Source: Eledone cirrhosa
Lineage: Eukaryota
Direction: 5' to 3'
Assembly: GCA_964016885.1 (NCBI GenBank)
Contig: OZ024742.1
Span: 357,678,001-357,742,000 of the forward strand
DNA length: 64,000 nt
Below are positions 39,101 through 50,877 of the stretch, in pieces. A program made the position numbers and the translations under genes. The notes under the pieces are model-generated. The model did no database searches and had not been told where the DNA came from. It saw nothing but the letters and a program-made list of their open reading frames with translations. How positions within the stretch are numbered: the stretch's first letter is position 1; each line of letters begins with the position of its first letter.

Positions 39101-42005
39101 TACTCACCACCATCGTCTTCAGGTGTCCTTGGCCCTAGGACCACCTTCCTACTCACCACCATCGTCTTCAGGTGTCCTTCACCCTAGGACCACCTTCCTA
39201 CTCACCACCATCGTCTTCAGGTGTCCTTGGCCCTAGGACCATCTCGCTACTCACCACCATCGTCTTCTGGTGTCCTTGACCCTAGGACCACCTTCCTACT
39301 CACCACCATCGTCTTCAGGTGTCCTTGGCCCTAGGACCATCTCGCTACTCACCACAATCGTCTTCTGGTGTCCTTGACCCTAGGACCACCTTCCTACTCA
39401 CCACCATCGTCTTCAGGTGTCCTTGGCCCTAGGACCATCTCGCTACTCACCACCATCGTCTTCAAGTGTCCTTCACCCTAGGACTACCTCCCTACTCACC
39501 ACCATCGTCTTCAGGTGTCCTTCACCCTAGGACCACCTCCCTACTCACCACCATCGTCTTCAGGTGTCCTTCACCCTAGGACCACCTCCCTACTCACCAC
39601 CATCGTCTTCAGGTGTCCTTCACCCTAGGACTACCTCCCTACTCACCACCATCGTCTTCAGGTGTCCTTCACCCTAGGACCACCTCCCTACTCACCACCA
39701 TCGTCTTCAGGTGTCCTTCACCCTAGGACCACCTCCCTACTCACCACCATCGTCTTCAGGTGTCCTTCACCCTACGACTACCTCCCTACTCACCACCATC
39801 GTCTTCAGGTGTCCTTCACCCTAGGACCACCTCCCTACTCACCACCATCGTCTTCAGGTGTCCTTCACCCTAGGACCACCTCCCTACTCACCACCATCGT
39901 CTTCAGGTGTCCTTGACCCTAGGACCACCTCCCTACTCACCACCATCGTCTTCTGGTGTCCTTGACCCTAGGACTATCTTACTACTCACCACCATCGTCT
40001 TAAGGTGTCTTTGACCCTAGGACCACCTCCCTACTCACCACCATCGTCTTCTGGTGTATTGGGCCCTAGGACTACCTTCCTACTCACCACCATCATATTC
40101 TGGTGTCTTTGGCCCTAGGACCACCTTCCTACTCACCACCATCGTTTTCTGGTGTCCTTGACCCTAGGACCACCTTCCTACTCACCACCATCGTCTTCTG
40201 GTGTATTGGGCCCTAGGACTACCTTCCTACTCACCACCATCATATTCTGGTGTCTTTGGCCCTAGGACCACCTTCCTACTCACCACCATCGTTTTCTGGT
40301 GTCCTTGACCCTAGGACCACCTTCCTACTCACCACCATCGTCTTCTGGTGTATTGGGCCCTAGGACCACCTCCCTACTCACCACCATCGTCTTCTGGTGT
40401 CTTTGGCCCTAGGACCACCTCCCTACTCACCACCATCGTCTTCTGGTGTCTTTGGCCCTAGGACCACCTCCCTACTCACCACCATCGTCTTCTGGTGTCC
40501 TTGACCCTAGGACCACCTTCCTACTCACCACCATCGTCTTCTGGTGTATTTGGCCCTAGGACCACCTTCCTACTCACCACCATCGTCTTCTGGTGTCCTT
40601 GACCCTAGGACCACCTTCCTACTCACCACCATCGTCTTCTGGTGTCCTTGACCCTAGGACCACCTTCCTACTCACCACCATCGTCTTCTGGTGTCCTTGA
40701 CCCTAGGACCACCTCCCTACTCACCACCATCGTCTTCTGGTGTCTTTGGCCCTAGGACCACCTTCCTACTCACCACCATCGTCTTCTGGTGTCCTTGACC
40801 CTATGACCACCTCCCTACTCACCACCATCGTCTTCTGGTGTCTTTGGCCCTAGGACCACCTTCCTACTCACCACCATCGTCTTCTGGTGTCCTTGACCCT
40901 ATGACCACCTTCCTACTCACCACCATCGTCTTCTGGTGTCCTTGACCCTATGACCACCTCCCTACTCACCACCATCGTCTTCTGGTGTCCTTGACCCTAG
41001 GACCACCTCCCTACTCACCACCATCGTCTTCTGGTGTCCTTGACCCTAGGACTACCTCCCTACTCACCACCATCGTCTTCTGGTGTCCTTGACCCTAGGA
41101 CTACCTCCCTACTCACCACCATCGTCTTCTGGTGTCCTTGACCCTAGGACTACCTCCCTACTCACCACCATCGTCTTCTGGTGTCTTTGGCCCTAGGACC
41201 ACCTCCCTACTCACCACCATCGTCTTCTGGTGTCCTTGACCCTAGGACTACCTCCCTACTCACCACCATCGTCTTCTGGTGTCCTTGACCCTAGGACCAC
41301 CTTCCTACTCACCACCATCGTCTTCTGGTGTCCTTGACCCTAGGACCACCTTCCTACTCTCCACCATCGTCTTCTGGTGTCCTTGACCCTAGGACCACCT
41401 TCCTACTCACCACCATCGTCTTCTGGTGTCTTTGGCCCTAGGACCACCTCCCTACTCACCACCATCGTCTTCTGGTGTCCTTGACCCTAGGACTACCTCC
41501 CTACTCACCACCATCGTCTTCTGGTGTCCTTGACCCTAGGACCACCTTCCTACTCACCACCATCGTCTTCTGGTGTCTTTGGCCCTAGGACCACCTCCCT
41601 ACTCACCACCATCGTCTTCTGGTGTCCTTGACCCTAGGACTACCTCCCTACTCACCACCATCGTCTTCTGGTGTCCTTGACCCTAGGACCACCTTCCTAC
41701 TCACCACCATCGTCTTCTGGTGTCCTTGACCCTAGGACCACCTTCCTACTCTCCACCATCGTCTTCTGGTGTCCTTGACCCTAGGACCACCTTCCTACTC
41801 ACCACCATCGTCTTCTGGTGTCTTTGGCCCTAGGACCACCTCCCTACTCACCACCATCGTCTTCTGGTGTCCTTGACCCTAGGACTACCTCCCTACTCAC
41901 CACCATCGTCTTCTGGTGTCCTTGACCCTAGGACCACCTTCCTACTCACCACCATCGTCTTCTGGTGTCCTTGACCCTAGGACTACCTCCCTACTCACCA
42001 CCATC
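36176..42005. repeat. Satellite/minisatellite array, 49-bp monomer (GTCTTCTGGTGTCCTTGACCCTAGGACCACCTCCCTACTCACCACCATC), about 119 copies
   Basis: 49-bp period over 5,830 bp. C-rich plus strand, with a CCTAGG palindrome in most units. Confidence 0.99.
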
Positions 42006-42699
42006 AGCATGAAGTTACTTACCAGCAGGTTTACGCCTCATGAGATGGAATGGTACTTCCAATGAGTCCCCTCACCATCCTCCATGAAAATGCCTTCTCG
42101 ATACATAGTTATGCTTTGAACCAAAATATTTACTTGTAAACTAACCACAGTTCTCTATTGATTAGAAAATGTACATGGCTAAAAAAACTGGAAGACGACT
42201 TTTCTAATTTATTGATTTAAATGAAATTTGCCAATTACAAATAAAATTTTAAAATTAATCTGTCTATCAATCAGTGACAAAAGGAATCAAAATGCTATTA
42301 AAGAACCTGAAATGAAAACATAATAATCAGTTTTCAATAGTAATTCTACTAAAGGAGATCTATTAGTGATAACCAAAACTCCCTTCTTTTCTATTGAAAT
42401 CAGTATTACTAATATCTGTGAAAGCATTGTTAGAAAGTCAGAAAATGATTACTAACACTCAGTGTCAGATGGTAATCAATTATGAAGGAAAATGTATTAG
42501 ATTGTCCTTTGAATAAGATAAAAATTTAAACAGACAATTATTGCAACAATACACCAGCTTTCATGACAGAAATGTAAAAGATAAATTTAAGTTGAGAGAA
42601 TTTTCTTGAAATTTAAATAATCAGATATGAATATTTTATAATTATATACAGTGTAGAGGGTCAAGAGTCATTGGATCTTAGATTTGGGTATTTTATTAC

Positions 42700-43340
42700 A
42701 GTTGTTGATGTTGTTGATGATGATGGTGATGATGATGATGGTGGTGGTGGTGGTGGTGGTTTGTTGTTGTTGTTGGTGGTGGTGGTGTTGGTGTTGGTGC
42801 GATGGTGGTGGTGGTGGTGGTGGTGGTTTGTTATTGTTGTTGGTGGTGGTGGTAGTGTTGTTGGTGGTGGTGGTGTTGGTGGTGTTAGTGGTGGTGGTGG
42901 TGTTGGTGGTGGTGACAATTATGATGATAAGGGTGATGGTTCGGTGGTGGTGGTGGTGGCAATGATGATAATAGTGGTGGTGGTGGCGAAGGTGGTGGTG
43001 GCGAAGATGGTGGTGGCGATGATGATGGTGGCAGTGATGGTGATGGTGATAATGGCAATAATGATGATGGTGGTGGTGGTGAAGTTGATGATGATGATGA
43101 TGACAATGATGATAGTGATGGTGTTGATGATGGTGGTGTTGGTGATAGTAATGACGATGATGATGAGGATGGTGATGACGGTGATGATGAAGATGATGAT
43201 GATTATGATGATTGTTATCATCATCATCATTGTTGTTGTTACCATTATTCTTATCATCATCATCAGTACTTTCCTCCTCAGCTTCCCCATTTCTCCCCCC
43301 TCCCTCTGCTACTTTTTCAACTCTTATCATCATCATCATC
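42700..43340. repeat. Compound trinucleotide microsatellite (GGT/GAT/GTT)n grading into (CAT)n
   Basis: Direct reading. It produces the poly-His/Val/Pro/Thr spurious ORFs. Confidence 0.95.
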
Positions 43341-43342
43341 CC

Positions 43343-43545
43343 TAGAGTGGCAAAATCGGTTGAGTGTCAGACTTTGTAGCATTTAGTTATGACTTTCTAT
43401 ATTTTGAATTTAAATCCGACCAAGATCAATTTGCCTTTCAACCTTGATAAAATAAAGCAACAGTTAAACACAGGGGTTGATTAAATTAACTTTACACTTG
43501 CCCCAAATTGCTGATCCTGTGCCAAAGTCAGAAAGAACAATTATC
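43343..43545 (+). mobile_element. Degenerate tRNA-derived SINE (same family as 34981)
   Basis: GAGTGGCAAAATCGGTTGAG…TTGCCTTTCAACCTTGATAAAATAAAG…GCTGATCCTGTGCCAAAGTCAGAAAGAACAATTAT. Confidence 0.65.
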
Positions 43546-44327
43546 TTCTTCTCTGTTTGGCAGACCCTTTAACAGAAGTGTAAATGGAGTTTTTTAGGAG
43601 ATGATTTTTGTGTACAGAAAATCATAGACGATGTTTCTCAGCTCAGATATTTCTTCTATGTTCTCAAATTTATTCTATCCCACTAAAATTCCAGAATGAA
43701 ATGCTCATGAAAACACAAATTGACTATGGAGACCATATTAAAGGATTGGTTGACAAGTCATTGACAAGTTAGCAGTGGAGACTTCTGCTGTCCTTGGCCC
43801 TAGGACCACATTCATTGAGGTATTAAATTAAAAAAATCGAACCATCATAAAACTGAAAAGCCTAGCAGAGGACACAAATAAATTGCTAGGTCCGTCGCTG
43901 GTGGAGTCCCCTACTGCAGGGGTTCCAGGGCAATGACCCCCTTTCCCCATTAAATCAACCCTGGATGAACCCTTTAACAGAGTGATAGAGTTGTTGTCAT
44001 GTCCATGACATAATTGAAGAGTCTTCTCTATATCATATTGTAACCATTCAGTTGACAACGATGTTAGAGAATACACTGAAAGCTTTTTGTTATTGAACCA
44101 ACAGAAAAGAGATTTGCCTTGTCAGCTGCAAAGCTAACCAGTGCACATTACTCAATAAAATATATTTTCTAGCAAAACAAATGTCTTGCCTCTCTCCATC
44201 ATCAATGTTTTTAATATGAGTCTTGTTCTCAAGCTAACATTTATAATAATAACTGATTTGTTAGGCATATATCCATGATCTTACACCAAACAAGATGTAA
44301 TAAAATACTTTCAGTCATTGCCACCGT

Positions 44328-44480
44328 CTCTCTTGCTCTCCTCATCTCTCACTATTATAAGCAAATGGGGGTCCATGTGCTTGTCACCCTGCAGCCATGG
44401 GGGACAGAATAGAGAAGGCATTTCCCCGGAGGATGTTGAGTGAGATACATCTGAATATACATTCAAGCTTGCGAGACTGG
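44328..44480 (-). mobile_element. Copy of the unclassified dispersed repeat that hosts the 49-bp satellite
   Basis: The reverse complement aligns with 51280-51445 (GCTTATAATAGTGAGAGATG) and with 42060-42100 (CACCATCCTCC…AAATGCCTTCTC). Confidence 0.65.
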
Positions 44481-45059
44481 TAGGTAACCAACTCCATTCT
44501 GATGAATTCCAATTACTTGCACCAAGCTGACTTTGAAATGCAAAATTGGGGGTTTACTATGTATTCTAATCTTTTTTTATATATGAAGCCCCCACCTCCA
44601 CCCCACCAAAAAGAAAAAAGCCCGAAGTGCCCCAGGCCTACCCAAGTTCTAAATCCAGCTCTGGGTTCATCTCTAATCTATCTAGAAGGAGATGAATAAG
44701 TACTGTGTTAGAACAGCAAAACTTGTCAAACCCATACCAGAATGGAAAGCAGATGATTTCTTATTGAGGCACAAGACCAACCATTTGGAGGGATGAGAAA
44801 TTTGACTAAATTGAATGTGTGGTCTTCTTACTAGTGCCGAATTATTAAATAAAATAATTGACTATGGGGGGCATAACCTAGGCAGCTGTCAGCTGATAAG
44901 TGTCTTAATTCTTTGGTTTTTATACAAACTATAAATGTAGATGATTAAATATCTTAAGAATATCAGTGATATTCTCTATCATGAAGCATATTAGCCAATG
45001 TTTGACCAATACTAACAATCCACTACAGATGTAAAATAATGAAAATGATAAGTATAGTC

Positions 45060-45345
45060 ATCAGCAGCAGCAGCAGCAGTATCACTATTTAACGTCCCTT
45101 TTTCCATGTTGGCATGGGCCAGACGAGTTATCCTATTGTGAGCAATGCCAAGTCAGGTGAACATGTCTTGCTCATACAGAACCGATGTTGGCTTGGTTTC
45201 TACAGCTGGATACCCTTACTAGCACCAACCTCATTTAGAGTGTGTACTGGATGCTTTTTGTCATGACACCAACACACAGACTGTACAGTTTAGACTGCGC
45301 ACTTTTGGTCATGACACATATATGACCACTTTACAGTGTGGACTA
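45060..45345 (-). mobile_element. Old RTE-type 3' UTR stub
   Basis: TTTAACGTCCC…CCATGTTGGCATGG…CTACAGCTGGATACCCTT, plus two 47-bp UTR units. Confidence 0.75.
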
Positions 45346-45551
45346 ATATAGACTGGTATGAAACAAATGTGTAAATAAGAAGTTTGTTCTGTGCAGTCAT
45401 CACAAATTATGAACTGATAACCAACTACAATTTGATATCGTTAAATGAAGTTGAGTAGTTTACAGCATGAACACCTATCAATTGATATTAGGGACTGTTT
45501 GAATGGTTTACAACATGATTTGTTCTGACTGAGACGATATATTATAATAAT

Positions 45552-45945
45552 GGTAATAATAATGAAATTACTGTGTACAGTGCTAAGGTGCCCTAAAACC
45601 CATCAAAGGAACATGTATAGTACATAGAATAATATACAAATGTCAGGAAAGTGAATAGTGTATGAGTCATGATATACATGTGTGTATGTAGGGGGAATAT
45701 TAGGTGTAGTGTTGGCGAATCTCAGGAAGCATGGAGGTTTTAAAGGATGCAGTGTCTCAACAGCTGACAACTGATGCAGGTAGTTTGTTCCATGGTTCAG
45801 CAACTCTGAGCGTGAAAAAATGTTTCCAAAAGTCATGAGAGCTGTTTTCTGACTTTGTAGGCAGGCCCACGTGTGTTAGACACGTGGAAATCAAAAAGGT
45901 ACTCAGGGTTGTTGTTGGCAAGATGGATAATAACTTATTCAAGCA
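45552..45945 (-). mobile_element. CR1-clade LINE 3' fragment
   Basis: Encodes HDFWKHFFTLRVAEPWNKLPASVVSC (the CR1 FF..RV...WN.LP motif). (ATT)n tail. Homologous to 55545-55950. Confidence 0.8.
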
Positions 45946-45980
45946 TATCTAGGTGCTAAATATACATACATACATATATA

Positions 45981-46204
45981 TGTATTTTTGTTAATCGCTT
46001 GTTAAATGCATAGACCCATCTCAATCATTACCTTCTTGCTAGCTATTTTCAAACCTTAATTCCTAACGTATTTTCAAACCCCAATCCCTAATTCTAGCGT
46101 ATCTTCAAAACAAAAAAGCAAAATCCTTTCCTTCTTCCTTCTTCGAAGGCACGGGGCGGTCAAACGCCTAACACCCACAGCCATCATGTGGCCCCCTACC
46201 CTCG

Positions 46205-46250
<46 letters not shown>

Positions 46251-49200
46251 ATAAATATATGATAGGAATTCACTTCGCCAAATTTCATTTCTTTGCCTGC
46301 TGTCCAAACGAAACTCTCATGTAAACGTAATGTACAGACTTCATCTCTCTCTCTCTCTCTCCTAGCGTATTTTCAAAACAATCCACATTTCGTATTTCAA
46401 GTCCAAATAGCCATTCTATCGCTAAAACAAACTACATTTTCTGTTTCTATTAAGTGCTAAATACGTTTAGGTTTTTGGACGTATTTAACTGAACAAATTT
46501 TGTATTTTTGTTAATCGCTTGTTAAATGCATAGACCCATCTCAATCATTACCTTCTTGCTAGCTACCCAACACCCCTCCCTCCCACCCCCACACACCACC
46601 ATTGCTATTACGTGGACCAATCATAAAACAGAGCCCCCACGTATCACCAGTATTATTACGCGGACCAATCAGAAACCAGAGGCCTATACTATCGCTTGCC
46701 TGGTTGCCTTTCGATATACGATATATGATGGATGGATGGACTGCGGAATCCTGGAGAGTGGAGGTGAGAGAGAAAAATCTGGACGCTCAGCGACAATGCC
46801 AAAGATAAAGACAAATTCACCCCTTGGACGAGAATGCGAGCACTCCTCATTGTTTCGACCGCGGACGGCTAACATAACCCCATCGCCCCCCGCCCCTCAC
46901 CGCCCCCAACCCCCAAACGCAATCCAAAACTTCAGAGTTGGTACCATAAATGTAGGCACCCTAAAGGGTCGCGCTAACGAGGTTGTAGAAATGCTTGAAC
47001 GTAAGGAGGTCGATGTTTGTTGTATTCAAGAGACCAGGTGGAGGGGTGGGTCTGCTAGGTTCATTGAGGGTAAAAAACGTTGTTATAAGCTTTTCTGGGT
47101 GGGAAACGACGATGGGCTGGGTGGAGTAGGAATCATGGTAGCAGAAAAGTGGGCAGATAAGATAATAGACGTAAATAGAGTGAACGACAGAATAATTAAA
47201 ATACGACTTGTCCTCAATAGAACTACGGTGACAGTAATATCTGCGTACGCACCCCAATCCGGACTGCCCGGCACTATAAAAGACAGATTCTATGAGACAC
47301 TGATGCTAACTACCTCCCAAATATCCGACAGTGACTATATAATTATCGCAGGCGACCTAAATGGTCACGTTGGACAACATTGTGACGGCTACGACGAAAT
47401 CCATGGAGGCTATGGGTTTGGTACTAGAAATGAGGAAGGCTCCAGAATCCTGGAATTCTGTGATGCAAATAACCTAACTATCTGTAACACTAACTTCAAA
47501 AAACGTGACAATCACCTGATCACCTATAGATCCGGGGAACACACAAGCCAGGTAGATTATATCCTTACCAGAAGACGTGACAGAGTGTCTGTTGTTAACA
47601 CTAAATCCCTCCCCCATGAAGAATGCACCTCCCAACATAGACTGATAATTAGCGACCTCATAGTCAGGACGAGACGTACTCGACAACAGAAGAGGACTAT
47701 CCTCAGGAGGAAAATATGGAAGCTAAAGGACCCCACAGCCAGGAATAAATTTCAAAGCATATTACTTGATGCTTTCGACAGTAAGGAAGAACATTTAGAG
47801 TCGGACAATATAGAGGGAGAGTGGGAATTTCTGAAAGCAAACCTGCTGTTGGCGACAGACGAGGTCTGTGGCTGGAGCAGGCCTGTAGGCAGGAGGAGAG
47901 TAACATGGTGGTGGAACAGTAAGGTGGAGGGGTCAATTAAGGCCAAAAAGCAGGCTTGGAAAGTATGGCGGGATGGGGGAAGTAGAGAGGACTATCAAGT
48001 GGCCAGGAGGGAAGCTAGGAGACAAGTGTACTTAGCAAGAAGGGAAGCTGAGGAAAGAAAGTTCAAGCATGTTCTACAACGCGATGACCAAAAACGTGAG
48101 GTGTTCAGGATTGCTAGGCAATGCGTCAAGGAAAACCGTGATATTGTCGGGGAGAAGTGTGTACTAAACGACGATGGCACACTTGCCATCACCGACGCCG
48201 ATAAGAAGGTAGCTTGGAAGTGTCACTATGAAAGGCTTCTAAATGAGGAGAATAATTGGGAGAAAGGCAGTCTCCCCCATATCGACCCAATAGAGGGACC
48301 AGCAGTGTTAGTCGAGGGGAGTATAATAAGTAAGGCAATCAAGGATATGAAGACTGGTAAGGCGGCTGGGCCTTCGGAAATAGTTGCTGAGATGCTGAAG
48401 GCATCTGGCACGGTGGGACACACCATGGTCACCCGCATAGTTAACCAAGTCGTACAAAACGGGGTTGTTCCGAAGGACTGGCATAGCAGCATCATCGTTA
48501 ACTGTTATAAGGGTAAAGGAGACGCCCTAGATAGGAGTAACTATAGAGGCATTAAATTAATCGACCAGGTCATGAAGGTCACGGAAAGAGTAATAGCGCA
48601 ACTAATCAGAGAGAGAATTGACCTAGATGAAATGCAGTTCGGGTTTGTGTCAGGCAAAAGTACCACAGACGCTCTTTTCATAGTACGACAACTACAAGAG
48701 AAGTACCTAGCTAAAGGTAAACCCCTCTACTTAGCTTTTGTCGACTTGGAGAAAGCCTTCGACAGAGTCCCCCGCTCCATTATCTGGTGGGCTCTTAGAA
48801 AACTAGGCGTTGACGAATGGCTTGTGAGGGCTATACAAGCCATGTATAAAGAAACAGTCAGCAAGGTTAGAATTAACAACGAATATAGTGAAGAGTTTAG
48901 CGTAAAAGTCGGCGTCCATCAGGGCTCTGTTCTCAGTCCACTACTATTTATTATTGCCCTTCAGGCCATAACAGAGGAGTTCAAGACAGGCTGCCCATGG
49001 GAACTCCTATACGCAGACGACCTGACACTCATAGCGGAATCAATGGCCGAGCTAGAGAAGAAATTCCAAACATGGAAGCACGGCCTAGAGTCAAAAGGAC
49101 TTAAAATTAACCTGGCTAAGACCAAAGTACTAGTTTGTAGGAAAGAAAACAAGGCGGCGGTCCCTTCTGGGAAATGGTCGTGCTCGGTGTGTAGGAAAGG

Positions 49201-50358
49201 CGTAGGTAGAAACTCCATTTTATGTCCTAAATGCAAAGTATGGGTGCATAAAAGATGTAGTGGGATCACAGGTAGGCTAACTAAGAACATAGATTTTACA
49301 TGTGGCCGGTGCTCTGGTGCAATAAGTAGCAGCAAGTGCCCACAAACTACTAGCTCTTTCAATTGCGCAGAGGGTTCTATAGAAATAGTGGACAGCTTCC
49401 GTTACCTGGGCGATAAAATCAGCAGTGGGGGAGGGTGCTCTGAAAGTACTGTAGCTAGAGTCAGAACTGGTTGGAAAAAGTTCAGAGAGCTTATACCACT
49501 ATTAGCTGCTAAAGGGTTCTCACTAAAAATGAAAGGCAGGTTGTACGATGCCTGCATACGAACAGCAATGCTGCATGGCAGTGAGACCTGGGCATTGTGT
49601 GCAGAGGATATACGCAGACTAGAGAGGAACGAAGCTTGCATGCTCCGCTGGATGTGTAACAGTAATATACGTGAACGGCAAAGCATAAACGAACTAAGGA
49701 ATAAATTAGAGATAAGAGGAATCAGATGTTGTTTACTCGAGAGAAGGCTACGTTGGTATGGACACGTGATGCGCATGAAAGTCGATAGCTGTATAACAAA
49801 GTGCAGGGCAATAAAGATAGACGGTAGTCACGGAATAGGCAGACCTAGAAAAACCTGGGACGAGCTGATAAACTCCGACATCACACACTTACACCTCTCC
49901 AAGACAATGTCACTGGACCGAGACCTTTGGCGGTACTCAGTAACAGAGAAGACCCGCCTTACCTAAATATATAGTAAAACCTACTCCAGCCAGTAGGCAT
50001 CTCTAACAAATACACCCCGTCCCACCACCCCCACCCGATCCACACCACCCCGTTCTATGTAAAGTTATGTTGGTGCCGCGCCATCGAGGCCGAAACAAAT
50101 GAGATCGTGTAGGTGTCACGACAAAAAAACACACAGTCCACGCTGTAATGTGGCCGTGTAGGCAACACGGTAAAAACCTCCCAGACCCACACTGTAAATG
50201 TGGTTGGTGTTAGGAAGGGCATCCAACTGTAGAAAACCTGCCAGACAGTCCTATGCGAGCAAGACAATCACTCTTGCCTCAAGTGGGACTACCCCCGTCC
50301 AAACCCATGCAAGCGTGGAACACGGACGTTAAACGTTGATGATGATGATGATGATGAT
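45981..50358 (+). mobile_element. RTE-clade LINE family A, apparently full length and intact; the 5' boundary is uncertain (45981 or about 46570-46880)
   Basis: Single long ORF, a 3' UTR of about 370 bp, and a (GAT)n tail at 50338-50358. It starts just after a (TA)/(TACA) tract. Confidence 0.9.
46796..49966 (+). CDS. RTE LINE polyprotein: APE endonuclease + reverse transcriptase with an embedded PHD finger (start ATG uncertain; frame open from 46526)
   Basis: APE motifs GTINVGTL, CIQET, SAYAP, GDLNGHVG, SQVDYIL, SQH. RT motifs KGKGD..DRSNYRGIKL, QFGF, FVDLEKAFD, QGSVLSP, YADD (49010-49021), FRYLG. RTE C-terminus RRLRWYGHVMRM…GRPRKTW. No stops or frameshifts. Confidence 0.93.
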   Translation: MPKIKTNSPLGRECEHSSLFRPRTANITPSPPAPHRPQPPNAIQNFRVGTINVGTLKGRANEVVEMLERKEVDVCCIQETRWRGGSARFIEGKKRCYKLFWVGNDDGLGGVGIMVAEKWADKIIDVNRVNDRIIKIRLVLNRTTVTVISAYAPQSGLPGTIKDRFYETLMLTTSQISDSDYIIIAGDLNGHVGQHCDGYDEIHGGYGFGTRNEEGSRILEFCDANNLTICNTNFKKRDNHLITYRSGEHTSQVDYILTRRRDRVSVVNTKSLPHEECTSQHRLIISDLIVRTRRTRQQKRTILRRKIWKLKDPTARNKFQSILLDAFDSKEEHLESDNIEGEWEFLKANLLLATDEVCGWSRPVGRRRVTWWWNSKVEGSIKAKKQAWKVWRDGGSREDYQVARREARRQVYLARREAEERKFKHVLQRDDQKREVFRIARQCVKENRDIVGEKCVLNDDGTLAITDADKKVAWKCHYERLLNEENNWEKGSLPHIDPIEGPAVLVEGSIISKAIKDMKTGKAAGPSEIVAEMLKASGTVGHTMVTRIVNQVVQNGVVPKDWHSSIIVNCYKGKGDALDRSNYRGIKLIDQVMKVTERVIAQLIRERIDLDEMQFGFVSGKSTTDALFIVRQLQEKYLAKGKPLYLAFVDLEKAFDRVPRSIIWWALRKLGVDEWLVRAIQAMYKETVSKVRINNEYSEEFSVKVGVHQGSVLSPLLFIIALQAITEEFKTGCPWELLYADDLTLIAESMAELEKKFQTWKHGLESKGLKINLAKTKVLVCRKENKAAVPSGKWSCSVCRKGVGRNSILCPKCKVWVHKRCSGITGRLTKNIDFTCGRCSGAISSSKCPQTTSSFNCAEGSIEIVDSFRYLGDKISSGGGCSESTVARVRTGWKKFRELIPLLAAKGFSLKMKGRLYDACIRTAMLHGSETWALCAEDIRRLERNEACMLRWMCNSNIRERQSINELRNKLEIRGIRCCLLERRLRWYGHVMRMKVDSCITKCRAIKIDGSHGIGRPRKTWDELINSDITHLHLSKTMSLDRDLWRYSVTEKTRLT

Positions 50359-50555
50359 ATGTCTGCTGGGCACATGAGCAAAAGGACGTGTGTTTTCCTG
50401 CCGGCAGCATATCAATAAATCGATTTTCATCTCAGGATACTGTTATCATAACAAGAACAAATGCATGAAGGACTTCTCGATAACATGGAGAACCGTGGAA
50501 ATAATTATAGGGATTAAACGATTTATGTAACCTCAGCATCTTATTTTGCTATTTT

Positions 50556-50593
<38 letters not shown>

Positions 50594-50877
50594 GAAAGAG
50601 TTGTGGTAAGGAACCAGATGGACCATAACGCACAAGAGTACTCAATACTTAGGTAGTAGAGTGGGTAATAGTCCAGAAATAGCCATCGAAACGGCTTGAG
50701 CTCTGACGTCGGGGTCATACATTTTCCTATATATATATATATAACGACCGTCTAACCCATGCTAGCATGGGAGATAGACGTTAAACGATGATGGTGATGA
50801 TGATGATGATGAAAAGCGCCTAGTCCACATTTTGCTTAAGCTTTAATCTGAACTAATAATATACATATATATATATA

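Noticed and set aside
37507-39916. Pro/Ser-rich ORFs (LGPPPYSPPSSSG)
   Set aside because: These are frame-cycling translations of the 49-bp satellite.
689-42005. CRISPR array interpretation of either tandem array
   Set aside because: Monomers are contiguous with no unique spacers, there are no cas genes, and the context is eukaryotic.
42661-43345. His-, Pro-, Val- or Thr-rich ORFs
   Set aside because: These are translations of a compound trinucleotide microsatellite.
50590-50730. Possible hammerhead ribozyme or Penelope-like terminus (CGAAAC, CTGACG)
   Set aside because: The core motifs are not in a valid order (no CUGAnGA) and the required helices could not be assembled.
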